64,000 bases of DNA from an uncultured Planctomycetota bacterium (GTDB lineage Bacteria; Planctomycetota; Planctomycetia; Isosphaerales; Isosphaeraceae), in contig CAVTTN010000002.1 in assembly GCA_963737655.1 (NCBI GenBank), positions 1,952,001 to 2,016,000 of the forward strand, given 5' to 3'. Both the position numbers and the translations under genes were made by a program. A model generated the notes under the pieces. That model ran no database searches, had not been told where the DNA came from, and saw nothing but the letters and a program-made list of their open reading frames with translations. Positions 36,505-48,294 of this stretch are shown here, piece after piece (position 1 is the stretch's first letter; each line of letters opens with the position of its first letter).

Positions 36505-37872
36505 TCAGAAGAGTTCGGAGAGGACATGACCCGAAGGATTGACGCCGATGCCGGTCAATTCGGCGGCGCCGATGCCCATCCGGGCGAGGATCGTGGCGCC
36601 GAGGTCGGCGGGGGTGGCGGGTCGTTCGGCGGGGTGTTCGCCCTTGCGGTCGGAGGCGCCGACGACGTGGCCGCCCCGGACGCCCCCTCCGGCGAGGAGG
36701 GCCGAGTAGCAGTTGTTCCAGTGGTCGCGGCCCGCCTTGTTGTTGATCTTGGGGGTCCGGCCGAACTCGCCGACGGCGACGATCAGGGTGGAGTCCAGCA
36801 GGCGGCGGTCGTGGAGGTCGTCCAGGAGGGCGGACAGGGCGCGATCGAACATCCAGCCGTGGCGGTCCTGCATGATCTGGAAGTAGCGGTCGTGCATGTC
36901 CCAGCCGCCGTCGCCCGCGTCCTCGGGGGCCTCGACGTGGGTGCTCCAGTTCACCTGGACGAACGGGATTCCCGCCTCGACGAGCCTCCGGGCGATCAGG
37001 CAGCACTGGCCGAACCGATGCGGGCCGTAGGCGTCGCGGACCTCGGGCGATTCTCGCGAGACGTCGAGCGCGGCGAGGCTTTCCCTCGAGGCGATCAGCG
37101 AATGGGCGAGCTCGTAATGCCGGTCCATCGCGGCGAGCGTCCGGCCCGGGGCGAGCGGGTCGAGCCGTTTCAGGAGGTCCCAGCGGGCGCCGAGCCTCTG
37201 GGCGGTGATCGATTCGGGCAGATCGACCTCGGGTAGTTTCAGGCCGACCCCGGGCTCGTAATCGAGGCGGAACGGGTCGAACGGCGTTCCGAGGGTGCCT
37301 CCGCCCTCGCCCACCACGCGCTTCAGGCCCTGATGCAAGGGGTTGCCGAGGACGACATATGGCGGGAGGACGCCCGAGGCGTCTCCCCGGTCCTTCGCCA
37401 CCCGGCCGACGATCGCGCCGGTGCTCGGCCTCATGGCGCCGGACGCCGTCTTGCCGTCGAGGCCGACGGCCCCGGCGATCGAGCCGGTCAAGGCGATCGT
37501 CCCGGCCACGCCATGATCGTTCGATTCGTGATGCATCCCGCGGAGCAGGGCGAAGCGATCGGCCCGCTTCGCCAGCCCCGGGAGGAGCTCGCAGACCCTC
37601 AGGCCCGGGACGTTCGTGGCGATCGGCTCGAACGGCCCTCGGTACTCGACCGGGGCGTCGGGCTTCATGTCGAAGGTGTCGAGATGGCTCGGGCCTCCCC
37701 AGAGCCACAGCACGATCACGGCCTTCGCCGGAGGGGCTTCGACCGCGAGCGCCCGGCTCGCGAGGAGATCGGCCAGCGAGACGCCCAGGGCGCCCAGCCC
37801 GCCGACCTGGAGGAACGCCCGCCGGGAGACCCCGCCGCACGTCCGGCCCGAGAAGCGTCCGAGGCTGAGCAT
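36505..37872 (-). CDS. DUF1501 domain protein
   Basis: SRRAFLQVG, GGPSHLDTFDMKP, CLIARRLVEAG, GWDMH, GEFGRTP, GRDHW. Confidence 0.92.
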   Translation of the reverse strand: MLSLGRFSGRTCGGVSRRAFLQVGGLGALGVSLADLLASRALAVEAPPAKAVIVLWLWGGPSHLDTFDMKPDAPVEYRGPFEPIATNVPGLRVCELLPGLAKRADRFALLRGMHHESNDHGVAGTIALTGSIAGAVGLDGKTASGAMRPSTGAIVGRVAKDRGDASGVLPPYVVLGNPLHQGLKRVVGEGGGTLGTPFDPFRLDYEPGVGLKLPEVDLPESITAQRLGARWDLLKRLDPLAPGRTLAAMDRHYELAHSLIASRESLAALDVSRESPEVRDAYGPHRFGQCCLIARRLVEAGIPFVQVNWSTHVEAPEDAGDGGWDMHDRYFQIMQDRHGWMFDRALSALLDDLHDRRLLDSTLIVAVGEFGRTPKINNKAGRDHWNNCYSALLAGGGVRGGHVVGASDRKGEHPAERPATPADLGATILARMGIGAAELTGIGVNPSGHVLSELF

Positions 37873-38013
37873 GGGCCGCGCCCCCTGTGGCCTGGTCCGG
37901 TCCGTCTCCGAGGGCCAGTCTATCGCGAGGATCGCTCCGGGGCCATCCTTCGCGGATCTTCGGTTTCTTGTGGTCGAGGCCCGGCGCGTCGGATAAAGTT
38001 CTTCGGGCGTGAC

Positions 38014-39327
38014 ATGAGGCCCCGGCTCGAGAGTCCCCCCGAAGTGAACGGACCCACCGAAGACGACGGCGCCGGGCGGCTGAAACGTCGGGCCTGGCTC
38101 GGCCTGGCGGCCTCGACCGTCCTGGCCGGGCGGGCCTGGGCCGAGGAGGGGCCGTCGGCCGAGGCGGACGAGATCCGGGAGGAGCGGGCCGTCCTGGAAA
38201 CGGCGACCAAGGCGGGGCTGGACCGTCTTTCGTGGTCGTCGTCCCCCCATTATGCCTGCCTCGGGAATGTCCGGGTCGAGGACCGCAAGAGGGCCCTGCG
38301 GTGGGCGGAGGCGCTGAGGGCCGGTTTCCTGTCGGAATGGCCCAGGCTGGGTTTCCCGGCCCGGCCCGATCCGAAAAGGCTCCTGATCCTCCTCACCAAG
38401 GATCGGCCGGGCTTCGTGGCCGCCGCTCGGGCCTTCGCCGACCACACCCCGTTCGAAGGGGTCAGCGGAATTTATTCTATCGAATTTCATCTTAATATTT
38501 GCAGTCACGTGATCGATTCGCATTCGGGGCGGACCGATGTCGAATTCATGTTCCGGACGGCTTGCCACGAAGGGATGCATCAACTTTGCTTCCATTGCGG
38601 AGTGTTCCGGCGGGGGGCCGACGTGCCTCGCTGGCTGGCCGAGGGGCTGGCGACCCTGGCCGAGTCGTGGGACGCCTGGGGGCGGCCTTCGCTCCTGGAA
38701 CGCAACGGTCCCGCAGTCGCCCCGGCCCTGGAACTGGCCCGGACCCGCAAGGGCTGGGTCGAACTCCCGGAGCTCCTGCTCGATGGGACCTGGAAGGAGG
38801 AAAATGACGAGGACTACCAAGCCAGATATGGCCAGAGCTGGCTCCTGGTCCATTACCTCGTGACCGAGCCGGCGATGGGGCGGAGGTTCCGCGCCTACCT
38901 CGCGACCATCGCCGGACGGGACGATTCCTCCCGGCAACTGCAGGACGCGCAGGCCCATTTCGGCGACCTCGGCCGCCTGGAACGGTCCCTGATCGAGCAC
39001 GCGAGCCTCGCTTCAGATCAATCCATCCAGGTATCCGCGATCGATCCGGCGAAAATGAGGTCGTCCTCGCTCTGGGCTGGGTGGCATGCTTACGTCTTCG
39101 TAAGCATGTCTTCGGACAGGTTCGCACCGAAGACATGCTTACGAAGACGTAAGCATGCCACCCAGCCGGGCCCGGACGAGTCCGGCCCTTCGGATCGGCT
39201 CGTGAGGGGGTTCGGGTCCGGTTTTCGACCTCGGAGGCGCGTCAGGGTCTTCCCGACCGTCGGAGTCGCCAGGTCCGCCCCGGCTTCTCGGACCGGGACA
39301 CCCTCGCGGTGGCCGATCGTGGTTTAG
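38014..39327 (+). CDS. DUF1570-like zinc metallopeptidase; the C-terminal ~100 aa read through a REP and are doubtful
   Basis: RRAWL Tat-like motif, HEGMHQL, PRWLAEGLA, YGQSWLLVHYL. Confidence 0.75.
   Translation: MRPRLESPPEVNGPTEDDGAGRLKRRAWLGLAASTVLAGRAWAEEGPSAEADEIREERAVLETATKAGLDRLSWSSSPHYACLGNVRVEDRKRALRWAEALRAGFLSEWPRLGFPARPDPKRLLILLTKDRPGFVAAARAFADHTPFEGVSGIYSIEFHLNICSHVIDSHSGRTDVEFMFRTACHEGMHQLCFHCGVFRRGADVPRWLAEGLATLAESWDAWGRPSLLERNGPAVAPALELARTRKGWVELPELLLDGTWKEENDEDYQARYGQSWLLVHYLVTEPAMGRRFRAYLATIAGRDDSSRQLQDAQAHFGDLGRLERSLIEHASLASDQSIQVSAIDPAKMRSSSLWAGWHAYVFVSMSSDRFAPKTCLRRRKHATQPGPDESGPSDRLVRGFGSGFRPRRRVRVFPTVGVARSAPASRTGTPSRWPIVV
39075..39167. repeat. REP-like doublet with perfect 41-bp arms
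   Basis: ggctgggtggcatgcttacgtcttcgtaagcatgtcttcgg with its reverse complement at 39127-39167. Confidence 0.88.
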
Positions 39328-39405
39328 GGTTGAGGGTCGAGCCTGCGTCCGGACGCGACAGGGACGAGTCGTCGCGTCGATCGGCTCGGAAAGGACGTTC
39401 CCGCC

Positions 39406-39734
39406 ATGAGGCGCTTCCGCATGGGTCTGATGTTGGTGATGGGGGGCTTGGCCCTTTCGACGGCGGGCTGGCGCAGTCTCGCGCCGGCCGGGTCGCCTCG
39501 GTCGAGCCTCCTCTCCTGGGTCCGTCGGGCGGGACGACGATCGTCGAGGCCCCGAAGGCCCGGCAGGTGGGCTGGGCGGACCGTCACCCGCTGTTCACCC
39601 GGCCGAAGGAGTATTACGACAGCACCCAGGCGAGCAAGGTCGGCAAGACCGCCGCGGCGGTGGTGATCGGCGTCCCGGCCGGTTTCGTGGCCGAGGTCCG
39701 GCAGATCGCCGTGGGGCAGGACCCGTTGCGTTGA
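39406..39734 (+). CDS. Small exported hypothetical protein, frameshifted near 39470
   Basis: Signal-like MRRFRMGLMLVMGGLALSTAG in one frame; WADRHPLF...IGVPAGFVAE in another. Confidence 0.55.
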
Positions 39735-39837
39735 GCCGGCTCGGGATTTGCCTCAACCGGCCGCCCCGGCGGTCCGATGGTCCAGAGGGCGGCCGGGTTC
39801 GGGAACGATCGGCTCGAATCGGAGCAAGGGGACGGCC

Positions 39838-40690
39838 ATGAGTCGCAGAATGTGGGCCGGGTCGCTGGGAATGGCCATTTCCGGGGCGTCGCTCGCCTCC
39901 GGGCAGGACCTCCCACCGCTGAATGCCCCGGCCGAGGCCCCTCCGGCGGCCAGCCCGGCCCCGTCACCCTCGCCCTCGCCCTCGCCCTCGCCGAAGCCGC
40001 GGCCTTCGCCGGCGCCGGCCTCCGCGCTCTCGACGCGTCGGCCGTCGGGCTTCCCCAGCCCGCCCCGAACCGTCGTCCGAACGCCGGCGCCGGCCCCGGC
40101 GGTCCCTCGGTTCGAGCCGGCGGGCCCGTCGTCGCTCCCCGAGGGGCCTCCGCCCCTGGACGGGCCGTCGGAGATGCCGGCCGCCGATCGGCCGACGGCC
40201 CGATCGCCGTTCGCTCCGGGGGAATCGACGATCCCGGGCGGCCCCCCGGCGCTCACCCTGGAGCCGGGTTCTGCCGACGAGGTGGGGCCGCTCGATCTCG
40301 ACCCGCTCCCCGGCGAGAAGGCGATCAGGGAGGGTCGGATCGAGCCGTCGCCCCGGCCCGAGGCCGCGAAGAGGCCGAAACGGTTCGGGCTCTTTCCGTT
40401 CCTGAACCCGCCGACCGCCCGGAATCGCGCCGCGACGGCCCCCGAGTCGTCGATCTCGGTCGAGCCCCGGACCGACCCGGCCGCCGACGCCACCCTGAAG
40501 CGGAAGCTGGAAGACAAGGTCCGCCAGGCCGTGGCCGGCAAGGCCCGGGACATCGAGGTCCGCGTGGTCGATCGCAACGTGTACGTCCGGGCCCGGGTCG
40601 ATCGGATCTGGAACCGCCGGTCCGTCCGCCGGACGATCGAGGGGCTTCCGGCGCTGGCCGGATACCGCGCGGGTCGATCTCGACGATTGA
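39838..40690 (+). CDS. Pro-rich exported protein with C-terminal BON-like domain; frameshift near its end
   Basis: Signal peptide; LKRKLEDKVRQAV...DIEVRVVDRNVYVRA; likely true stop TGA at 40688-40690. Confidence 0.7.
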
Positions 40691-40725
40691 CACGCGTCCC
40701 GTTCTCGTCCCCAGGAGGCCCGGCC

Positions 40726-41502
40726 TTGGCCTTTGCGACGATCCAGTATTACAGCCACTCGCTCCGCAAGGCGTCGGCCTTCAACGTGATCTTCCCGGAC
40801 TCGCCGGACGCCTCGCGCCCTTGGGCCGTGTACTACCTGCTCCACGGCCTCTCCGACGACCACACGACGTGGTCCCGGCGGTCGTGCGTCGAGCGGTACA
40901 CGCTGGGCTATCCCCTGATGGTCGTCATGCCCGACGGCGGCCGGGGCTGGTTCACCAACGCCCAGAACGGCGACGCCTACGAGGACGACTTCCTCAAGGA
41001 CGTGGTCGGCATGGTCGAGAAGAACTTCCCGGTCCGCGCCGAGAGGTCGGGCCGGGCGATCGGCGGCCTTTCGATGGGCGGATTCGGGGCGGTGAAGCTC
41101 GGTTTGAAGCATCCGGGCCTCTTCGCCAGCGTGGACAGCATGTCGGGCGTGGTCGGGTTCCTCCGCCGGCCGTTCGAGTCGAAGAAGCTGGCCCCGGAGT
41201 TCACCCGGATCTTCGGCAGGTCGCCCAAGGACGGCCCCGAGGACCCGTTCGCCCTGGCCTCGGCGGTCGAGCCGTCGAGGAGGCCGGCGCTCCGGCTGGT
41301 TTGCGGGGATGAAGACCCCTTCCTCCTCCAGAATCGCGGGTTTCGCGGGCACCTGAAGGGCCTGGACTTCCCCCACGAGTACGAGGAGCACGCCGGGTCG
41401 CACACCTGGGGTTTCTGGGACCGGCACGTCCGGGCGGCGATCGACTTCCACCGCCGGAACCTGGGGATCGCCGACTCCCCGGAGTATGCCCTCCTGCGAT
41501 GA
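40726..41502 (+). CDS. Alpha/beta hydrolase, esterase family
   Basis: AGGAGG + TTG start; YLLHGLSD, GGLSMGG nucleophile elbow, GSHTW. Confidence 0.88.
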   Translation: MAFATIQYYSHSLRKASAFNVIFPDSPDASRPWAVYYLLHGLSDDHTTWSRRSCVERYTLGYPLMVVMPDGGRGWFTNAQNGDAYEDDFLKDVVGMVEKNFPVRAERSGRAIGGLSMGGFGAVKLGLKHPGLFASVDSMSGVVGFLRRPFESKKLAPEFTRIFGRSPKDGPEDPFALASAVEPSRRPALRLVCGDEDPFLLQNRGFRGHLKGLDFPHEYEEHAGSHTWGFWDRHVRAAIDFHRRNLGIADSPEYALLR

Positions 41503-41511
41503 CCGGATCTC

Positions 41512-42573
41512 TCAGCAGAAGTCCGTCCGGTCCACGACGGGCCGGGCCGAGGGGACGGCCGTGAACCGGCCGGTCGGGTCCACCGGGAAGCGGATCTGGC
41601 GGAGGCCCTTCCGGCCGTCGCCGTCGATCGCCTCGACGTCCAGGGAATGCTCCCCCCTGGCCAGGAGGTCGCCCGGGAGTCGGGCGGTCCAGAGGCCCTC
41701 CCCGGCCGATTTCAGGGGGAACGGCTCGCCGCCGTCGATCCGCCCGAGGACCCGGCCCACCGGCGTCCTCGACCAGGTCCGGACCCGGATCTCGTCGGCC
41801 CCCCGGACGACGTGGGCCGGGCCGGTGGCCAGGAGGGCCTCCCGGGGATGGATCACCAGGGCCAGCGGGCCCTCTTCGTCCACGGCCCGGTAGGCGACGG
41901 CGAGGTCTTCGCCCGAGAGGCAGCCGACCGCGAAGCCGGGGGCGCCGCCCTCGGGGTCGCCGATCGACCGGGTGGCGATGGCGACGTTCCTGCCGTCGTT
42001 GGCGACCTGCCAGTAATGGGTGTGGCCGCAGATGATCGCCGCGATCGGCCGGGTCTGGACGACCTCCCGCCACTCGGCGATCCCCGGGCCGTCGAAGGTC
42101 TCCCAGATCTGGAATGGGTAATTGTGCTGGAACACGACCACCCGTTCTCCGCCGGAGAGGGCGGCGTCCACCTCGCCCCGGAACCACTCGACCTGCCGGG
42201 CGGAGATCCCCAGGGGGCGGGCCTCCTGGGTGTTCAGGCGGAGGAACCGGAAGCCGCCGAGGCTCATCGCGCCGAAGGTCTCGCCGACGTGGCGGCGGAA
42301 CCCCTCGGCCGACGGGTCCCCCTTGACGTCGTGGTCGCCGACCAGGGCGAAATGGGGGACGGTCAGCCTGCGGCGGAGGGCATCGAACAGGAGGAACTGG
42401 CCCTCCTCGGCGTCCTGGACATTGTCGCCGATGAACTGGACGAAATCCGGCCGGATGACCTCCTCGATCTCGTCGATCGCCCGGAGGGCGTCCCGGAAGC
42501 TCTCCCGGCCGGGCTCGGTCAGGTGGAGGTCTCCGGGGACGGCGAAGGTGATTTCGGGGGCCGGTGCCCTCAT
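41512..42573 (-). CDS. Metallophosphoesterase with C-terminal Ig-like domain
   Basis: GDLH, IGDN, GDHD, CGHTH. Confidence 0.85.
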   Translation of the reverse strand: MRAPAPEITFAVPGDLHLTEPGRESFRDALRAIDEIEEVIRPDFVQFIGDNVQDAEEGQFLLFDALRRRLTVPHFALVGDHDVKGDPSAEGFRRHVGETFGAMSLGGFRFLRLNTQEARPLGISARQVEWFRGEVDAALSGGERVVVFQHNYPFQIWETFDGPGIAEWREVVQTRPIAAIICGHTHYWQVANDGRNVAIATRSIGDPEGGAPGFAVGCLSGEDLAVAYRAVDEEGPLALVIHPREALLATGPAHVVRGADEIRVRTWSRTPVGRVLGRIDGGEPFPLKSAGEGLWTARLPGDLLARGEHSLDVEAIDGDGRKGLRQIRFPVDPTGRFTAVPSARPVVDRTDFC

Positions 42574-42767
42574 GGGTTCGCCCCCCGGGACGGCTCGGGG
42601 GCGGGCGGATCGACCGGCGCGGCGGGCGGGGGCGTGGTCCTGGACGGGTTGGGGAGGCGGTGGTCGATGGCCTGGATCAGCCCGTGGGCCGCCATGCCCG
42701 AGGCGATCCCGGCGCACAGGTTCCAGAGGCACGGGACGGCCACCACGTCGAACGCGCAGAAATCCAT
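42570..42767 (-). CDS. Small hypothetical membrane peptide
   Basis: GGAGG RBS; ATGA overlap with the downstream gene. Confidence 0.55.
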   Translation of the reverse strand: MDFCAFDVVAVPCLWNLCAGIASGMAAHGLIQAIDHRLPNPSRTTPPPAAPVDPPAPEPSRGANP

Positions 42768-43000
42768 GAACGGGGCCTCCTCCGAAAGGCGAGGATCGGG
42801 CGGGACGATCCGGACTCGGGCCGGGACGTGGTCCCGAGGCGCCGCCTTTCTTCAGACCGAACGCACGGGTCGTACCGAAGCGCCGGAAGGGCCATTTCCC
42901 GGCGGATTCGGCCGAATTTCGGGCGTTTCGGGCGGGGGATTCCCGCCGAGGTGGGGGCATTCCGCCCGGTCCCTTCGGGCGGATCGCCCGACCCCGGGAT

Positions 43001-43900
43001 TCAGCCCGGCGAGGCGAGTCCCTCGTCGATCCGGGCCGGGAGGTCGCCGACCATCTCCAGGATGGCCCGTTCCTGGGCGTCGGAGAGGACCGACCGCCAC
43101 CGGCCGACCGAGGCGTCGTCGATCGGCCGGCTCGGGTCGGTCCCGCCGACGGTCCGGCCATCGGCGAAGACCTCCGAATGAGGGCGGCTCGGGTGGGCGA
43201 GCAGGCCGGAATCCCAGGGGAGGCCCAGGGCCTCGACGATCCTCGACAGCGAAGGCTCCGGGTCGGCGGCCAGGGCCTCGTACCGGACCGGGACGATCGG
43301 CCAGCCCCGGGCCCGGTAGTCGAGGACGCAGCGGTTCTTGTAGAGCCAGTAGAGGGCCCCGACGCTCGCCGGGTCGTCTCCCGAGGCGCGAAGCCGGGCG
43401 ATCTCGGGGGCGAAGCGGTCGGCAAACCCCGGGTCTCGGGCGATCTTGTCCTCCAGGATCGGCCGTCCCCAGGCGTCCAGCCACGAGCTCCGGCCCAGGT
43501 CCAGCGAGATCATCGAGGCCACCGTGTCGCGGACGTCCCGGATCAGGAAGACGATCGGCTCGCCTCGGTACAGGTGGCGGGCCTCGACCGGCAGGCCGAA
43601 ATCCCAGGCCACGTCCCGGCCGAGCTGCTCGGTCCATCGGGGGACCTTGAACCCTCGTCGGAGCTTCGCAGAAACCGGGGCCTCGATCGTGTCGGCCAGG
43701 ACGTCGTAGGAGGTCGTCTCGTCGAGGCAGGCGATGTCCGGGTGGGACTCCAGGACCAGCCTCATCAGGGTGGTGCCGCTCCTCTGGCACCCCACGATGA
43801 AGAACCAACCCTCGCGACGGACGGGATCTGGCATCACACCCTCGGGATCTGGGCAGTCTGGGCGGACCTTGGAGACCACGATCGAGACCTCGGCGCGCAT
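43001..43900 (-). CDS. Sulfotransferase family protein
   Basis: FIVGCQRSGTT, LIRDVRDTVAS, VRYEAL, SVGRWR; start uncertain. Confidence 0.85.
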   Translation of the reverse strand: MRAEVSIVVSKVRPDCPDPEGVMPDPVRREGWFFIVGCQRSGTTLMRLVLESHPDIACLDETTSYDVLADTIEAPVSAKLRRGFKVPRWTEQLGRDVAWDFGLPVEARHLYRGEPIVFLIRDVRDTVASMISLDLGRSSWLDAWGRPILEDKIARDPGFADRFAPEIARLRASGDDPASVGALYWLYKNRCVLDYRARGWPIVPVRYEALAADPEPSLSRIVEALGLPWDSGLLAHPSRPHSEVFADGRTVGGTDPSRPIDDASVGRWRSVLSDAQERAILEMVGDLPARIDEGLASPG

Positions 43901-44171
43901 CGCGGCCGTTGCGTCTCCGTCTCGCGGATGCTTCCTCTCATGGGCGACATCATCACCCGGATGGTCCCCGGCGGTTCGGGGGGGCCTCGAAGTTCAACCC
44001 CGCGAGTGGCGCCGGGTTGCGGACCGATCTCGTATCGGTTGCGGACGATCCGGGACTTTTCGTGACGTTCCGCAATTCCCTCCCGGAAGGCACGAGCCGG
44101 TTTTTCGTCGGGCCGGCCTCGGCCTGCCCGACGAAAAATCGGAGTGCGCCCCGCCCGTGAACCGCCGAGGG

Positions 44172-44822
44172 CTAGCCGAGCATGCCCGGGGCGCCGTGAT
44201 GGCCTCCGCCGCCGAAGTCTCCGCCGCCCCAGGCGCCCCGGGCGGGCATGTTGGCCTGCATGGCGGTCTGGAGGGCGGTTTCGGCGGCGTCGATGCTGGT
44301 GACCTGGGCGTCGGAGGCGCCGATCGACTTGAGGAGGGCGTCGCGGTCGGCCTGGAGCTTGGCCTGGGCGTCGGTCTGGGAAAGGGTGCCGTCGTGGGCG
44401 GCCTGCATGTCGGCCTGGAACGTGGAGAGCTGGCTGGAGGTGGCCTTGGTGGTGAGGTCCAGGCCGCTGGCGGCCTGGGTCAGCGCCGTCTGGGCGGCCG
44501 TGACGGCGGCCGGAGGGGTGAAGTTCCCCCGAGGGCCTCCGTGGCCGCCGTCCATCCCGGGCGAGTCGATCCCGGCGAGCTGGCCGACGGTCGGGGTGAA
44601 GCTCGAGGCGAAGTCCGTCGGCGGGGTTCCCACGTCATGCTTGGCGTGGAGCCCGGCGACGTCCCGGGGGCCGGGGCTGCCGTGGTGGGCCGCGGGGAGG
44701 ACGGGCAGGTTGCTCAGGAGCCTGCGGGCATCCAGCGCCTCGCAGGCCAGGCCGGCCCGGGTCGAAGGCCTCCGCGATCCGGGCCTCCGGCCGCTCGTCG
44801 TCCGATCGTGATGTCCGATCAT
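44172..44822 (-). CDS. Exported hypothetical protein with planctomycete N-terminal motif
   Basis: RRPSTRAGLACEALDARRLLS resembles the planctomycete E.LE.R.LL export motif. Confidence 0.7.
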   Translation of the reverse strand: MIGHHDRTTSGRRPGSRRPSTRAGLACEALDARRLLSNLPVLPAAHHGSPGPRDVAGLHAKHDVGTPPTDFASSFTPTVGQLAGIDSPGMDGGHGGPRGNFTPPAAVTAAQTALTQAASGLDLTTKATSSQLSTFQADMQAAHDGTLSQTDAQAKLQADRDALLKSIGASDAQVTSIDAAETALQTAMQANMPARGAWGGGDFGGGGHHGAPGMLG

Positions 44823-45209
44823 TGCGTTCTCCTCGATCCTTCGAGTGGGACGGTCGGACGCGGCTCGCGCCTCCGCCGCCAGGGAAGGCCCCGATCGGCC
44901 GGGCCTCGCGGGGAGGCGAGGCCCAGGATTCACCGTCGGGGACGCCTTCCAGAGCGACCCGTCCGGCACGGGGCGAACGTGCTTTCCGGGCCCGGTTCGC
45001 GGATTGTAGGCTCCGCCGAAACCCCGGCCGCGATTGAGGATTTTCCCTCAAGCCCGGTCGTCTCGGGGCCGGCCCGCCGTCGCCGGCTTCTCGAATGATG
45101 CGTTCCGGGGTCGTCGGTTCGGTCCCCGGTTGCCTCGGCGCCCATCGGGCCCCGATAATCGGCCCAGAAGGGCCGTGACCGGCCCGGGACCGCCGCGGGG
45201 TGATCGACG

Positions 45210-48200
45210 ATGCCGGCCAGCCAGGTCCAGTGCCCGAAATGCTCCCGTTCCTACAGCATCGACGACCGGTTGCTCGGCAACATCGGCCGGTGCCGGAAGT
45301 GCGGGGCGAAGTTCTCGCTCTCGGCCTCGGCCTCGGCCTCGACCCTGGAGGGGCCGTCCTCGAAGCCGGCGAAGCGGCCTTCGGGCTCGACGTTCTCCTC
45401 GTCCTCGACGGTCCCCGAGCGGATCGGCCGGTTCGTGGTCCGGGACCGCCTGGGCAGCGGGGCGTTCGGCTCGGTCTATCGGGCCCTGGACCCGGACCTC
45501 GACCGCGAGGTCGCGTTGAAGGTCCCCCATCCCGGATCGATGGACGAGCCCAGGGCCGTCGAGCGGTTCCTCCGGGAGGCGAAGGCGGCGGCCCGGCTCC
45601 GGCACCCGAACATCGTCCCGGTGTTCGAGACGGGCGTGGCCGGATCGACCTATTATCTCGCCTCGGCCTTCATCGAGGGCCGGACCCTCGCCGCCCTGAT
45701 CGACGAGGGGCCGATCGACCCCCTCCGGGCCGCCGAGATTGCCGCCGAGACGGCCGAGGCGCTCCACGCCGCCCACGACCGGGGGATCGTCCACCGCGAC
45801 GTGAAGCCTCATAACATCATGATCGATCGCGACGGCCGGGCCCTGCTCATGGATTTCGGCCTCGCCCGCTGGGAGGACGCCTCGGCCAAGCTCACCCAGG
45901 ACGGCGCGATCCTGGGGACGCCCGCCTACATGGCCCCCGAACAGGCCACCGGCCGGAGCGCCGAGGCCGACTCCGCCAGCGATCAGTATGCCGTGGGCGT
46001 GACCCTGTACGAGATGCTCTGCGGCCGTCCGCCGTTCTCCGGGCCCCCGGCGATCGTGATCTTCCACGCGGTCCATTCGCCCCCGCCGTCCCCCCGATCG
46101 ATCCGCCCGGGGGTCTCGCCGGAGCTGGAGGCGATCTGCCTGAAGGCGATGGCCAAGGAGCCGGCCGGGCGATTCGAGAGCTGTCGGGCGATGGCCGAGG
46201 TGCTCCGCCGGTGGCTCTCCGGGGCCTCGACGATCCGGCCCAATCCGCCGCCGAGGGTTCCGCCGCCCCTGCCGGATCGGGACGTGGTCTCGGAGGATTG
46301 GACGATCGAGGAGCCCGTGTCCCTAAGGGTCCGCCCCTCGCCTCGCCCGGAACGGTCACGCCGGACGGCGATGGTCCTCGGCGCGATGGCGCCGATCGCC
46401 GCGGTCCTCGCGCTGATCGTCGTCCTGTCCCGGGCGCCTCGCGGCCCGAGCCCCCGCCCGAGCCCGGGCCGGCCTCCCCGTCCGAGGAGAGGGCTGCGGC
46501 CCCGGCCCCGCGCCCCTCCGAAACGGCCCCGGCCCCGCGCCCCTCCGAGGTCGAGAAGACCAGGGGCACGGTCGTCGATCGCGGCACGGTCGTCGATCGC
46601 GGCACCGTCGTCTTCCCCGTCTCGGCCCTCGATCCCAATCGCACCTGGACCTCGGACGACCTGACCGGCTCGGGGTTCGTGGCGCCATTCAAGGCGAGGT
46701 CGCCCATCCTCGATGGCCAGATCGGCCCGGACGAGTACGGCTCCCCTCTGTATATCGAGTTCACCCGCGACGCCAACCCCGGCCGGCTGATCTCCGGGAC
46801 GGTCCAGAATCCCGAGGACCTCAGCTACCACGTCTTCGCGGCCCACGACAACCAGGCGCTTTACGTGGCGGTGAGGGTCCGCGACGACGTGCTGGTGGTC
46901 AACGACGCCGACGCCAGGAACCCCTGGCGCAACGACGCGGTCCAGATTTTCCTGGACGGCGACCTCGCCCCGGGCGACTTCCTCCAGAGGGCCCAGGACC
47001 CGCGATACAGCCGCGAGGGGTTCGAGGTGATCGCCGACATCGCCGGCCACCGCAAGACGTTCTGCGACGACTTCCCCGATGAGGCGTGGTCGGCCGTCAC
47101 CCGCAAGTTCGACGACGGCCGGGGCTACGTCACCGAGTTCCGCATCCCGATGGTCCTGATCGACACGAAGGACGGCCGCGCGTTCGAGAGGCCGGAGGTC
47201 GGCTCGACCGTGGGATGGTCGCTCCTGGTGACCGATCGCGACGCGCCCGAGGAGCTCGGGGCGGTCTCGGCGCTGTGGCACGACGGGGCCAGGGGGGCCT
47301 GGCACTGGGCCGGCGGCGATGCGTCGTGGAAGGCCCGGCTCCGCTTCGGAGGGGCCGAGTTCCACGCGCCCTATCGGCAGAAGGCCCCGAACCTCGACGC
47401 CCGGATCGACCCGGGCGAGTACGGCCCGCCGGCGATCCTCGATTTCGCCGACGCCTCGCCGCTGGGCGCCCTGCTCGAAGGCAAGCTCGTCGGCCCCGAC
47501 GACCTCTCGGCCGAGGTCTCGTTCTGCTACACCGAGACCGACCTGTTCGTCGCGGTGAAGGCCCGAGACGACGTGGTCGTGGGCGCCGCCGCCGCCCCGG
47601 CCGTGCGGGACCGCATCGACCTGGGGATCGACGGCGACCTCCGGCCGGGCGATTTCGGCCCGTCGAGCCCGGGGGGAAGCCGCGAGGGGTTCTTCCTCCG
47701 GGCGGAGGTCCGGGGCGAGCGGACCGGCTCGGGCCCGTGGACCAGCAACTGGGGCTGGACGTCGGCCTCGGCCCAGACGGCCGACGGCTACGTGGTCGAA
47801 TTCCGCGTCCCGCTGTCCATGATCGACACCCGGAACGGCCCCGGAGAGGCCCGGCCCGGCCCCGGATCGGCCGTGAGGATCGGCCTGGTGATCGGCGATC
47901 GCGACTCGGCCGACCCGTCCGAGCCGCTCACTCGCGGCTCGCTCTGGAAGGTCCCCGGGCTGGGCGAAACCCAGGACACCTCGGACACGGCCTGGGTCTG
48001 CGAGCTCCAGTTCGACCGCCCGTCGGACTTCGAGCTGGCCGGCGCCGCGGTCGGCTTGAGGATCGACCCGGATTCCGGGCTCCTTTCCTGGACCCCGGCG
48101 CCCGGGGAATCCGCCCGGACGATCACCATCCGGGCCCGCGACCGCAAGCGGTCCGAGGTCGTTGGCGACCGCGATTTCACCCTCTTCCCCGACGGCATGG

Positions 48201-48271
48201 TCATCCCCCGCCCGGTCGAGCCGTTCGAACGCCTGAAGCTCCCCTGGCCGCTGCCGCCGTCGTTGAGATAG
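45210..48271 (+). CDS. Membrane Ser/Thr kinase: Zn ribbon, kinase, TM, then two CBM9-like domains and an Ig-like segment; frameshift near 46450-46490
   Basis: CPKC/CRKC, GSGAFG, HRDVKPHN, DFG, GTPAYMAPE, a TM helix; the next frame has repeated DG/DA.I.P.EYG...LY/FVAV.(V/A)RDD...EFR(I/V)P. Confidence 0.8.
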
Positions 48272-48294
48272 CCCGTGATGAGGGGAGGCCATCC

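Noticed and set aside
39748..41502. 584-aa BON-esterase fusion
   Set aside because: An internal AGGAGG + TTG at 40726 and an out-of-frame VDLDD-stop at 40690 indicate two genes joined by a 1-bp error.
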